Assembly (NCBI GenBank): GCA_951406725.2
Contig: OX597825.1
Location: 10,788,001-10,852,000 of the forward strand
DNA length: 64,000 bases
Direction: 5' to 3'
Source of the DNA: Octopus vulgaris
Taxonomy: Eukaryota
Shown: positions 1-12,906 of the stretch, in pieces
Position numbering within the stretch: the stretch's first letter is position 1
Layout: each line of letters opens with the position of its first letter
The notes under the pieces: generated by a model
The model's input: only the letters and a program-made list of their open reading frames with translations
What the model was told of the DNA's origin: nothing
Databases searched by the model: none
Made by a program: the position numbers and the translations under genes

Positions 1-119
1 TGGAGCCTGGTGCAGCCTCCTGGCTTCCCAGACCCCAGTCAAACCATCCAACCCATGCTAGCATGGAAAACGGACGTTAAACGATGATGATGATGATTAT
101 TCTATTAAATGTAGTAGTA

Positions 120-161
<42 letters not shown>

Positions 162-513
162 TAGCAACAGCAACAGTAGTAGTGGTATGGGGATTTGCAC
201 TGTAACAGCACATTACTACATTCACCGTTTTTTGGATTCCCTACTCCTGGTGGCTGGTGCCCCTGCATGATCCTCCAACACATGGGTCTGTTTTGGGTAC
301 TCAATGTTGGAAAGGGTTTTGAGGTTGGTGCTGGTGGCATGTAAAAAGCACCCAGCACACTCTGTTGAGTGGTTGGCATTAGGAAGGGCATCCAGCTGAA
401 GGAACATTGCCAGATCAGACTGGGCCTGGTGCAGCCTTCTGGCTTTCCAGACCCCGGTTGAACCGTCCAACTCATGCTAGCATGGAAAACGGACGTTAAA
501 GGACGATGATGAT

Positions 514-717
514 GATTATTTACATTTGACGGATATTTGTCCCCATCTTGTTTGTTGTTAACACAACGTTTCAGCTGATATAACCTCCAGCCTTCATCAG
601 GTGTCTTGGGGAAATTTCGAACCTGGATTCTCATTCCTAAGCTATTTTTCAATGTTACTATACTACTACTACTACTACTACTATCACCACCACCACCACC
701 ACCACCAATACCACCAG

Positions 718-768
<51 letters not shown>

Positions 769-935
769 CACTTCTACTACTACTACTATTATTATTATTA
801 TTCAGGTCACTGCCTGGAATTGAACTCGGCTACTAACTGATGAAGGCTGGAGGGTATATCAGCCGAAACATTGTGCTAACAACAAAACAGATGAGGACAA
901 ATATCCGTCAAATGTAAATAATGTAAATAATGTAC
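514..935. mobile_element. Penelope-like inverted terminal-repeat pair around a (TAC/CAC)n microsatellite
   Basis: 514-600 is the reverse complement of 837-922; both carry CTGATGA..GAAAC; a third, degenerate copy lies at 19430-19575. Confidence 0.6.
560..605 (-). ncRNA. Minimal type I hammerhead motif in a Penelope-like terminal repeat
   Basis: Minus strand GACAC-CTGATGA-A-GGCTG(gaggttatat)CAGCT-GAAAC-GTT|GTGTT; stem I GACAC/GTGTT; helix III reduced to the palindrome AACGTT. Confidence 0.65.
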
Positions 936-1159
936 ATAATTCCTCGTCTCTTGAATACAGAACTGTAATTAAAAACAATTTGAATGAAAAAGCATATCAC
1001 ATCATGTATTATCTCACAGCTTTGAGATTTCAATACTGTGAAAACATTACAACTCTAAAGAAGCCAGTGTTGTTCTTAAACATTTGATCAATTACCTCAG
1101 TGACAACAATTTTACTGAAGCAGAGCTGATCCTAGAGCTAAGTAACCATAACAACTGGA

Positions 1160-1752
1160 GCATTTATGCGTATTCTTTCAGAAACATCTTTTCACGCTAA
1201 GAGTTGCTGAAGCATGGAACAAACTGCCGGCATCAGTTGTTAGTTGTCGGAGCCCTGCATCCTTCAAAACTTTATAATATCTGTGCTGGAGAAATTGTAC
1301 ATAAATCATGTTATTCTCTTTGTACACAGAAAAATAAAGGAGATTATTTGGATATGTTTTATAGCTGATTAGCCACTTTCCAGAAGATAAGTGCCCCCTT
1401 ATTCATCTGTTTACAAAGAGATCAGAATAGCAAATACTTTTTAAATCAAATACGCTAAGAGTTACTGAAGCATGGAAAAAACTGCTAGCATCGGTTGTCA
1501 GTTGTCGGAGCACTGCATCCTTCAAAACTTCCATGCTTCCTGAGATTCGCCAACACTACACCTGATTTTCTCCCCTCCATACACACGCAAGCATGTATCT
1601 GACTCATACACTGTTCACTTCCCAGACATTTGTACATTACTGCATATGCTTTATATGCACTTTTGACAAGTTGTGGTGCACCAGAGCACTGTATACAATA
1701 ATTTCATTATTATTATTATTATTACTATTATTATTATTATTATTATTATTAT
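1160..1752 (+). mobile_element. CR1-type LINE 3' end with internal duplication and (ATT)n tail
   Basis: TLRVAEAWNKLPASVVSCRSPASFKT-like RT C-terminus at ~1194-1271, repeated at ~1452-1530; (ATT)n at 1706-1752. Confidence 0.6.
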
Positions 1753-1765
1753 ATCATGTACTCAC

Positions 1766-1899
1766 TTCCGAAACAATTTACCAAGAGAAAAGTTCCAGTT
1801 GCTTCGGTTTTGTGTCTGCTGACTGAGGAAGTCTGGTGCCGGTGAGAGGAATTCAAAGAGTGCTTCACTTTGAGCCATACGATCATCTTTCATTACAGT
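1766..1899 (-). CDS. SNX25: SNX25 coding exon 17 (PX end)
   Basis: ttgtag|[25 protein letters not shown]..|gtgagt, 134 nt. Confidence 0.87.
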
Positions 1900-3417
1900 C
1901 TACAAGCAGAATGGAAAGGAATTAACTTAATAAACATTTAATGAAATACAGTTTATAAATAAAGTGAAACATTCATAATAATGTGAAGATCAATATATTC
2001 AAGACATAACTAATGCAATGTGATTGGTTATATGGATAGAGGTATAACCATGTGATTACCACGAGGACTGACACCCTACATAGTTTCTAACCAGGAAGAA
2101 GCTGCCTGACTCAGCTCTTACACTATGACTGGGTGTTGAAACAGGTGCTCAACCACTCAAATGTGGATGTGATGTATCTCAACTTTGCAAAGGCCTTCAA
2201 TAAAGTCAATCATGGATGATATGTCAAAAAAAGCTGCGTGGTCTCGGCATAGTCAGGAAATTGGGAGAATGGTTGCATGACTTTCTGAAGGATAGAAGTC
2301 AGGTGGTAGTAGCCAATGGGGCCACCTCCAATGACATGCAAATAGTGAGCGGTTTTCCACAAGGTACTGTTTTGGGACCACTGCTGTTCATTATGGCCCT
2401 CTCAGATTAGCCCTCAGCCACACGCAGAGCCACAGTTACCAAGTTATGCTGATAGCACAAGGCTTGAAACTTTTCAGTATCAAACTGCATGCTATTCTTC
2501 TCAGCCCACATTCTAGGTGCATAGTGCCTTCGGGGTTCTGTATCACCTGTGAGACTTTTGTATCATCTGTATAACTTGTGATCATGGCTCTCTGTGTGGC
2601 TGAGGGCATGAGCGGTCCCAAACAGTGCCTTGTGGAAAACTGCTCACTATTTGTGTGTCATTAGAGGTGGCCCCATTGGCTACTACCACTTGACTTCTAT
2701 CCTTCAGAAAGTCATGCATATTAGGTTCATAAGTTATTGGTAAAGACAAGGATGAACATGAGTTTATCAAGAATCAAAATTTGAAGAAAACAGAAAATGG
2801 AGAAGTACTGATGAACAACGATTGACATACATCAATTATTATTTATTTATTCAATGCAAATAGACTGCATCACATCAGTCTATTTGCATTGAATTCATCA
2901 TCATCATCATCATCATCATCGTTTAACGTCTGCTTTCCATGCTAGCATGGGTTGAACGGTTCAACTGGGGTCTGGGAAGCCTGAAGGCTGCACCAGGCCA
3001 GTCAGATCTGGCGGTGTTTCTACAGCTGGATGGCCTTCATAACGCCAACCACTCCGTGAGTGTAGTGAGTGCTTTTTATGTGCCACCGACACAGGTGCCA
3101 GGCGAGGCTGGCAACGGCCACGATCGAATGGTCTTTGTTACGTATATATGTATGTGTGTATTTATGTATATATTGTTTTTTGTTTTTTGTTTTTGTTTTT
3201 CCAGTTTCAGCTCTTGAGCTGTGGCCATGCTGGGGCACCGCCATTGTGGTGAAAGAGTACAGCAGGGATCACCACCCCCTGCCGGAGCCTCGTAGAGCTT
3301 TTAGGTGTTTTCGCTCAATAAACACACACAACGCCCGGTCTGAGAATCGAAACCGCGATCCTGCGACCGCGAGTCCGCTGCCCTAACCACTAGGCCATTG
3401 CGCCTCTACAATTTTCA

Positions 3418-3476
<59 letters not shown>

Positions 3477-3493
3477 GTGTGTGTGTGTGTGTG

Positions 3494-3578
<85 letters not shown>

Positions 3579-6500
3579 GTATGCATATAATCATCTTCCA
3601 TGGGTTGGACAAAAATGTTTTTCAGTGCCTGCTGGAATCATAATCCAGACACACCATAAATTGTGCAGACATGCTAAACACTAAGGCAATTGTCATTTTA
3701 TTCATTCTTTCACTCATTCATCCATCCATACATACATACATGTTTTGTGCGTGTGTGTGTAATTGCACACACAATTACGGAGAAAGAGAGTGAGAAATGG
3801 TAAAGTGTAATGCATAAATGAAAATCAGAAGAATTCCTTTTTTTCTTTGTTGCAGATTGCAGAAGAGATGGAAAAAGAAAGAAAAATGTTTCAGTTACAA
3901 GCATGTGAAGTAAGTATCTTTAATGACAGGACGGGCATCTGACTGTAGAGCAATGCTTTAGTAATATTTATTCGTCTGACCTTTACTACCACTGCAAAAT
4001 AGACAATATAATGAACAAAATATCAGAATGAAAATTGTATTTTCACCATTCAGCTGGTCATTAAAAATTTTTGGGTAAAATCACAAAGTATGGAAGGCCA
4101 GCGGTGCCAAAATTAAAAAGTATGGAAGGCAAGCGGTGCCAAAATCACAAAGTATGGAAGACCAGCGGTGCCAAAATCACAAAGTATGGAAGACCTTGTG
4201 ATTTTTCGAAAAATTTTTGAAGAAGATTTCACCCAAAAATTTTTCGAAAATTTTCACTGAAAATTTTCCCCAAAAATTTTTCGAAATTTTCACCTAAAAT
4301 TTTTCCGAAAATTTTACCCAAAAGTTTTACGAAATTTTTCCGAAAATTTTACCCAAAAATTTTTCGAAAATTTTCCCAAAAATTTTTCGAAAATTTTCCC
4401 CAAAAATTTTTAAAAAATTTTTGCCGAAAATTTTCCCAAAAATTTTTTCGGTGATATTTGGGTAAAATTTTAAGTGAAAATTTTGGAAAAATTTTAAAAA
4501 AAGTATGGAAGGCCAGCGGTGCCAAAATCACAAAGTATGGAAGGCCAGCGGTGCCAAAATTAAAAAGTATGGAAGGCCAGCGGTGCCAAAATTATAAACT
4601 ATGGAAGGCCAGCGGTGCCAAAATCACAATGTATGGAAGGCCAGCGGTGCCAAAATCACAAACTATGGAAGGCCAGCGGTGCCAAAATCACAAAGTATGG
4701 AAAACCAGCAGTGCCCAAATCACAAAGATTTTGACAACGCTGGCCTTCCATACTTTGTGATTTTGGCACTGCTGGTCTTCCATACTTTGTGATTTTGGCA
4801 CCGCTTGCCTTCCATACTTTTTAATTTTGGCACCACTGGCCTTCCATACTTTGTGATTTTGGCACCGCTGGCCTTCCATACTTTGTGATTTTGGCATCGC
4901 TGGCCTTCCATACTTTGTGATCTTGGCACCGCTGGCCTTGTGATTTTTCGAAAATATTCCCCAAAAGTTTTTCCAAAATTTCAGCGAAAATTTTACCCAA
5001 AAATTTTACGAAAATTTTCACTGAAAATATTTCCCAAAAATTTTTCGAAATTTTCACCGAAAATTTTTCCCACAAATTTTTCGAAAATTTTCTCCGAAAA
5101 TTTTACCTAAACATTTTTCGAAAATTTTACCCAAAAATTTTTCGAAAATTTTACACAAAAATTTTTCGAAAATTTTCCCAAAAATTTTTCCAAAATTTTC
5201 GCCAAAAATTTTTCCAAAATTTTCATCGAAAATTTTCCCCAAAAATTTTTTGAAAATTTTTGCCGAAAATTTTCCCAAAAATTTTTTCGGTGATATCTGG
5301 ATAAAATTTTCAGTAAAAATTGTGGAAAAATTTTAAAATCACAAAGTATGGAAGGCCAGGTGTGCCAAAATCACAAAGTATGGAAGGCCAGTGGTGCCAA
5401 AATCACAAAGTATGGAAGGCCAGCGGTGCCAAAATCACAAAGTATGGAAGGCCAGCGATGCCAAAATTAAAAAGTATGGAAGGCCAGCGGTGCCAAAATC
5501 ACAAAGTATGGAAGGTCAGCGATGCCATATTAAAAAGTATGGAAGGCCAGCGGTGCCAAAATCACAATGTATGGAAGGCCAGCGGTGCCAAAATCACAAA
5601 GTATGTAAAACCAGCAGTGCCCAAATCACAAAGATTTTGGCACTGCTGGTCTTCCATACTTTGTGATTTTGGCACCCTGGCCTTCCATACTTTGTGATTT
5701 TGGCATTGCTGGCCTTCCATACTTTGTGATTTTGGCACACCTGGCCTTCCATACTTCGTGATTTTGGCACCGCTGGCCTTCCATACTTTTTAATTTTGGC
5801 ACACGCTGGCCTTCCATACTTTGTGATTTTGACATCGCTGGCCTTCCATACTTTGTGATTTGACACCGCTGGCCTTTGTGATTTTCGAAAAATTTTTGAA
5901 GATTTTCACCCAAAAATTTTTCGAAAATTTTCACTGAAAATTTTCCCCAAAAATTTTCGAAATTTTCACCTAAAATTTTTCCGAAAATTTTTCCGAAATT
6001 TTACCCAAAAGTTTTACGAAATTTTTCCGAAAATTTTACCCAAAAATTTTTCGAAAATTTTCTCAAAAATTTTCGAAAATTTTCCCCCAAAATTTTTAAA
6101 AAATTTTTGCCGAAAATTTTCCCAAAAATTTTTTCGGTGATATTTGGGTAAAATTTTCAGTGAAAATTTTGGAAAATTTTTAAAAAGTATGGAAGGCCAG
6201 CGGTGCCAAAATCACAAAGTATGGAAGGCCAGCGGTGCCAAAATTAAAAAGTATGGAAGGCCAGCGGTGCCAAAATCACAATGTATGGAAGTCCAGCGGT
6301 GCCAAAATTACAAACTATGGAAGGCCAGCGGTGCCAAAATCACAAAGTATTTTGACAACGCTGGCCTTCCATACTTTGTGATTTTGGCACCGCTGGTCTT
6401 CCATACTTTGTGAATTTTGGCACCGCTTGCCTTCCATACTTTGTGATTTTGGCACCGCTGGCCTTCCATACTTTGTGATTTTGGCACACCTGGCCTTCCA

Positions 6501-8669
6501 TACTTTGTGATTTTGGCATCGCTGGCCTTCCATACTTTGTGATCTTGGCACCGCTGGCCTTGTGATTTTTCGAAAATATTCCCCAAAAGTTTTTCCAAAA
6601 TTTCAGCGAAAATTTTACCCAAAAATTTTACGAAAATTTTCACAGAAGATTTTACCCAAAAATTTTTCGAAAATTTTCACTGAAAATATTCCCCAAAAAT
6701 TTTTCGAAATTTTCACCGAAAATTTTTCCCACAAATTTTTCGAAAAGTTTTTCCGAAAATTTTACCCAAAAATTTTTCGAAAATTTTCCCAAAAATTTTT
6801 CGAAAATTTTCCCCAAAAATTTTTCCAAAATTTTCATCGAAAATTTTCCCCAAAAATTTTTTGAAAATTTTTGCCGAAAATTTTCCCAAAAATTTTTTCG
6901 GTGATATCTGGATAAAATTTTCAGTGAAAATTGTGGAAAAATTTTAAAAAGAAGTATGGAAGGTCAGTGGTGCCAAAATCACAAAGTATGGAAGGCCAGC
7001 GGTGCCAAAATCACAAAGTATGGAAGGCCAGCAGTGCCAAAATTAAAAAGTATGGAAGGCCAGCGGTGCCAAAATCACAAAGTATGGAAGGCCAGCGATG
7101 CCATATTAAAAAGTATGGAAGGCCAGCGGTGCCAAAATCACAATGTATGGAAGGCCAGGTGTGCCAAAATTACAAACTATGGAAGGCCAGCGGTGCCAAA
7201 ATCACAAAGTATGGAAAACCAGCAGTGCCCAAATCACAAAGATTTTGGCAACGCTGGCCTTCCATACTTTGTGATTTTGGCACCGCTGGCCTTTTCCATA
7301 CTTTGTGATTTTGGCACCGCTGGTCTTCCATACTTTTAATTTTGGCACCGCTGGCCTTCCATACTTTGTGATTTTGGCACCGCTGGCCTTCCATACAACA
7401 GGTATTGTTATTTACATGTTAAACACTGAAAGAACTTACAATGAGATAATTATTGAGAGTTTCTTTAGCTTTCTCCAGAAAAGATTCCCCAATGGATTTA
7501 AACCACATCTTATTGGTACTTGGAAGTTCCTTCTTTTTCAGCCATGCACCAATCTGTCAGAAAGATAAAGAAAATAAACAAAAGTTCAACAAAGAAACCA
7601 GACAAATGGTTTTACCCTTTAGTGTTTAAACCGGCCATATCCGGACCAAATATTCTATATGTTTTATATTCAAACTGGCGATATCTAGCTTCTCACACCT
7701 AACCTACATTGACATTCTAAAAATAAACAATCACATTATTGAAACCTCAAAGTTATAAGATAATGCATGATTAATTAAAAACAATTTGAGTAAAAAAATA
7801 TTACATTTAACAGAGTAATCTGAACACTAAAGGGTTAACTTGTTCACAACCATATTTTCAAGGAAATACACTCTAAGTATGAGGCAGTGTTGAAAACTTC
7901 CTGGTTTGGGGTAGAAGAAAATACAGGGGAATCAGTTAATTATGATTTTATTCAACATATTCCCCTCTCAGATTCACACACTTATTGCAGCAGTCCTTCA
8001 GTTTTTCTAAGTCCTGTAAAAGAACCCAGAAGGTTGGGCCCCCAACAAGGCCTTTCGTGACACCTTTAAAGCCAGGAACTTTACAGAACCTCCTTGTACT
8101 TCAATTCATTAAAAAAATAATCAAGAATTTGAAAAAATTTACTCAAAAATATTTTTTGTTATTAAGCTGGTGTTTGGACCACAACAAAAAGTTCTTCTTT
8201 AAAGTTATAAAGGATGGTTTTAATATAAACAAGAATGCTTTTAAAACAAAATATTTTGCTTCATAGAACTGAAGGTGGTCTTAGGCAAGTTGGTATAAAA
8301 ATGGTTAAGTAATAAACAAGAAAAAAAAAAGCTCATTAACCCTGTAGCATTCAGATCAATCTGCCAAATGCAATGCTCATACAGTCATGTTTTGAATTAA
8401 ACATGCTTTACCTTGTAGCTTCGAGATTTTGATGGTATGATTGTTCAGGTTTAAAATGATATTGTAGGGCAGATGTAAGGGGTATGATCTGGTCGGTTTG
8501 AGAATAAAGCAGGTAGAATGTTTTGGCTGGATATGACCAGTTTAAATGCCGAAGGGTCAAAGTTATTTAACCCAATAACTCCAACTTAGGAATATAGATT
8601 AAGATTACAGGAATTCAGTAGAAGTATATAAATATATATATATGTATATATATACTGTAATATAATGTG

Positions 8670-8710
<41 letters not shown>

Positions 8711-9061
8711 TAAAAAGCACCATTTGAAAAAGCATTTGAGTGAGGTCGTTGCCAGTGCCGCTGGACTGGCTCCTGTAGCACATAAAAAACACCATTTGAG
8801 CATGGCCGTTGCCAGTACTGCCTGACTGGCCCTCGTGCATGTGGCACATAAAAGCACCCACTACACTCTCAGAGTGTTTGGCATTAGGAAGGGCATCCAG
8901 CCGTAGAAACTCTGCCAGATCAGATTGGTGCCTGGTGCAGCCATCTGGTTCGCCAGTCCTCAGTCAAATCGTCCAACCCATGCTAGCATGGAAAGTGGAT
9001 GTTAAATGATGATAATGTGTGTGTGTGTGTATGTGTGTATGTGTGTATGTGTGTATGTATG

Positions 9062-9092
<31 letters not shown>

Positions 9093-10157
9093 GTAAGTAA
9101 GTAAGTAATATATAATGATTTCTTGCAGGTATAATCTTTCTGCTTTGATGCTGTAACAAATCAAATGACTCTATTTACCTGGATGAGCTTTTCATGCAAA
9201 ACACCAAAATCAGCCAATGTTCGAGAAATCGACCAGCCTTCACTTTTCATCAATGAGTCGGCATCGTCAACATCAACACCAATAACGAAGTAAGGAGTTA
9301 ATTTGTCTCCTTCTGAAACAATCTGTTATGAAATAAATAATTAACAAATAATGATAAAGACAATGATAATGACTCGATAAATAATTAATAAATCAGACTT
9401 CAGAATTAGTGATGATATACGGCATGGTGGTTGTTTAGCTCCAATCCAATCATGACCAACCATATCTATAATCCAATCTTGGCCAAACAGATCTATAATC
9501 TGTAATCAAACAAGTTTCAGATTTGTAATCCTACATGCTGAGACCCCTTTCGGTCATGAATGACCATGGGATTGCACCTAGAAAGTTACCCTCCGATGCA
9601 CAAGTCTGGGCAAGGTTGTTTTATGGAAGACTAGCAGTTGCCCATGCATACCAGCCTCCCCTCTCCATGCCACCAGTGTTATCCAAGGGAAAGGCAAAAG
9701 TCGATACAGCTTGGCACCAGTGATGTCACACCACATTTCTACAGCTGAGTAAACTGGAGCAATGTGAAATAAAGTGTCTTGCTCAAGAACACAACACACA
9801 GCCCGGTCCGGGATTCAAATTCACAACCTCGTGATCGTAAGCTCGATGCTCTAACCACTGAGCCATGCACCTTCACATAATCCTACATACAGGTGTGTTT
9901 AATAGTGATATATATTTCTGGGACAGTATTTCTTATCTTGGATATTGATACAATGTTTCAATTTATTTTCTTTCCATGTGTCTTCAGGTAAAATTCCTCA
10001 GCTGGGCCAGGGATTAAAAAAAAGCAATACACACACAAAATTAGATAAATAATATAAACATAATAATAATAATAATAATAATAATAATATGAGGGAGTAT
10101 TATTCCAAACTTACAGGGAAAAATTCAATTTAGAAATACTAAATCAAATTTCACAAA

Positions 10158-10214
<57 letters not shown>

Positions 10215-12866
10215 TAGAAAAAAAAATCACCTTTTATCAATTCAATTATGAAAAATTAAATTTAAAAATATGTAATTTTTCTAAATGGTATAATTTAATT
10301 TTTCATAATTGAATTGATAAAAGGTGGTTTTTTTCTAATTTATATATATAAACATATACATGTAGAAACAGAGAGAGAGAGAGAGAGAATTATAGACATG
10401 GACATGAGATAGCAAAAAATAAATATATAAAAGATCCCTAAGCTTCTTCATCATTATTACAACTATTTCACTGCCTGGTCTTATGTTATGGCCGACCCAT
10501 TTTATTAACCTTATATTCAACAGTAATACCAACATCATCAGAGTCTGAACTCAGAACATAGAGGGACAAAACTAAATATAATAGTAAGATATTTAATCTC
10601 AAGCACTCTACTTCTTTAACCCTGTCATTACCAACCTGGCTAAAACCGGCTCTGGCTCTTTAGTATAAATGTCTTGTTCCCATAAGTTTTGAATTAAAAC
10701 CTTCCACCAAATCTTGGTCACAATGTATGTTCCTAACACTAGCTTAATGATAACCAAGTTATTTTATTAAATTCTTTGTTATATTTAAAATAATCGAAAG
10801 AAACACACAGAGCATCTCAACAGAAATCTGGTAACAAAAGGGTTAACAAATGATTAATTTAACCCTTTCAATACTAACCTGGCTGAGACAGGCTCTGGCT
10901 TTGTAATACAAATGTCTTGTTTTCATAAGTTCTGAATTAAAATCTTCCACCAAACCTTAGTCACTAAGCTAGCTTAATGATAGCTGAGTTATTTTACTAA
11001 ATTCATTGTTATATTTAAAATCAATTGAAAGAAACACACAGAGCATCTCAACAGAAATCTGGTAACAAAAGGGTTAATAAATGATTAATTTAACCCTTTC
11101 AATGCTAACCTGGCTGAAACAGGCTCTGGCTTTGTAATACAAATGTCTTATTTTCATAAGTTCTGAATTAAAATCTTCCACCAAACCTTTGTCACTAAGC
11201 TAGCTTAATGATGACTAGCTGAATGATAACTAAGTTATTTTACTAAATTCTTTGTTATATTTAAAATAATCGAAAGAAACACAGAGCATCTCAAAATAAA
11301 CAGAGTAACGAAAGGGTTAACCTCTTCAATGCTCTTAAATAAACCATAACAAAGTGATCAGCTTACATCAGCGCTGTGAACTTGAGCCTTCCATTTGCCC
11401 TGGTTTTCCCACCATAAATCTGTTCGTTGAACATAAGCAGCAAACTGGTTCTTCTCACAATGCAACGTTTCCAATTCTTTCTTTAAGTCTTCGACAACTT
11501 TTTTAAACTGGAAAGAGAGAAAAATTGACAACATATTGACATACACTAAACATTATTTGTGCATGAATATATATGCACACACATTCATTCTGCATACATA
11601 TGCACACACATTCATTCTGCATACATATGCACACACATTCATTCTGGCATTCTGTCAGTTATGACAGCGAGGGTTCTAGTTGATCTGAACAATGGAATAG
11701 CCTTCTCATGAAATTAATGTGCAAGTGATTGAGTACCCCAGATACATCTACCTTTAATGTAGTCGTCAGGAGATTCAGTGTGACACAAAATGTGATAAGG
11801 CTGGCCCTTTGAATTACAGGTACATCTCAGTTTTGCCAGCTGAGCAGCCTAGAGCAAAATGAAATAAAGAGTCTTGCTCAAGGACATAAAGCTACACCAA
11901 GAATCAAACCCACAACCTTACAATCCTGAGCCAAATAATCTAACCAATCAGCCACAAACCTTCACAAATATCATCATCATCGTCATTTAATGTCCGTTTC
12001 CATGCACCAGATTCCAATCTGATCTGGCAAGATTTCTACAGCTGGATGCTCTTCCTAATGCCAACCACTCCGAGAATGTAGTGGGTGCTTTTACATGCCA
12101 CCAGCAGGGTGGGCCTGGCATTGATCATGTTCATATTGTGCTTTTTAGGTGTCACTGGCACGGGAGCCAATCAGGGGTCACTGGCATCGGCCACATTCCA
12201 ATGGTGCACATATATCAGTGATGTCTGGCAATTGTTATTACAGAGCATATTATCATATTGAACCTTCTTCTCTGACATATTGGGAGATTAACATCACCAC
12301 TGGACCTGAGTGGCCCTTAAGGACTTCTCTTAGTTGCAAATATTCAGGTTAGCCCTAATAATAACGACGTGACTTAACATCTTCAAACTAGGGCAAAAAT
12401 CATCATCATCATCATCGTTTAACGTCCGCTTTCCATGCTAGCATGATGGCTGTGTGGTTAGGGAGCTTGCTTCCTAGCTACATGGTTTCGGGTTCAGTCC
12501 CACTGCATGGCACTTTGGGCAGGTGTCTTCTACTATAGCCTCGAGCCGACCGAAGCTTTGTGATTGAATTTGGTAGGCGGAAGTTAATGCCATGTGTGTA
12601 TGTGTGCGTATAGCTGCTCTGTGCCTCTCTGAGAGAGAGAGAGAGGGGCAAAAGAATAAGTAAATAAATAAAATTCCATTAGAACCCACCTTAGAATCAG
12701 CTTTGGTAGAAGTGAGCAATGTAGCGAGGGCTTGACTTTTATTGACAATTTTTTCATCCAATTTCTCAAGTTTTTTCTGGATGGAATATGACTGATCAGC
12801 GAAAAGGACATCTTTGCCCACTTCAAAGGAACTAAAACTCTCTTTACCATCAATACAATCGTCTAC

Positions 12867-12906
<40 letters not shown>

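Noticed and set aside
2849-2894. 19-bp perfect hairpin as a miRNA
   Set aside because: Short, AT-rich and abutting a SINE tail; more likely an integration-associated inverted duplication.
3390-3684. Poly-IY/YI ORFs and similar poly-Y/L/T/ER ORFs elsewhere
   Set aside because: Translations of (TA)n, (TAC)n and (GA)n microsatellites.
4349-7394. Many ORFs ([11 protein letters not shown] / [13 protein letters not shown]; EKFLGKIF) as a repeat protein
   Set aside because: By-product of a mostly stop-free 32-bp unit read in shifting frames on both strands; no splice-consistent gene model.
4078-7396. 32-bp repeats as a CRISPR array
   Set aside because: Units are contiguous with no unique spacers, orientation flips repeatedly, there are no cas genes, and the context is a eukaryotic intron.
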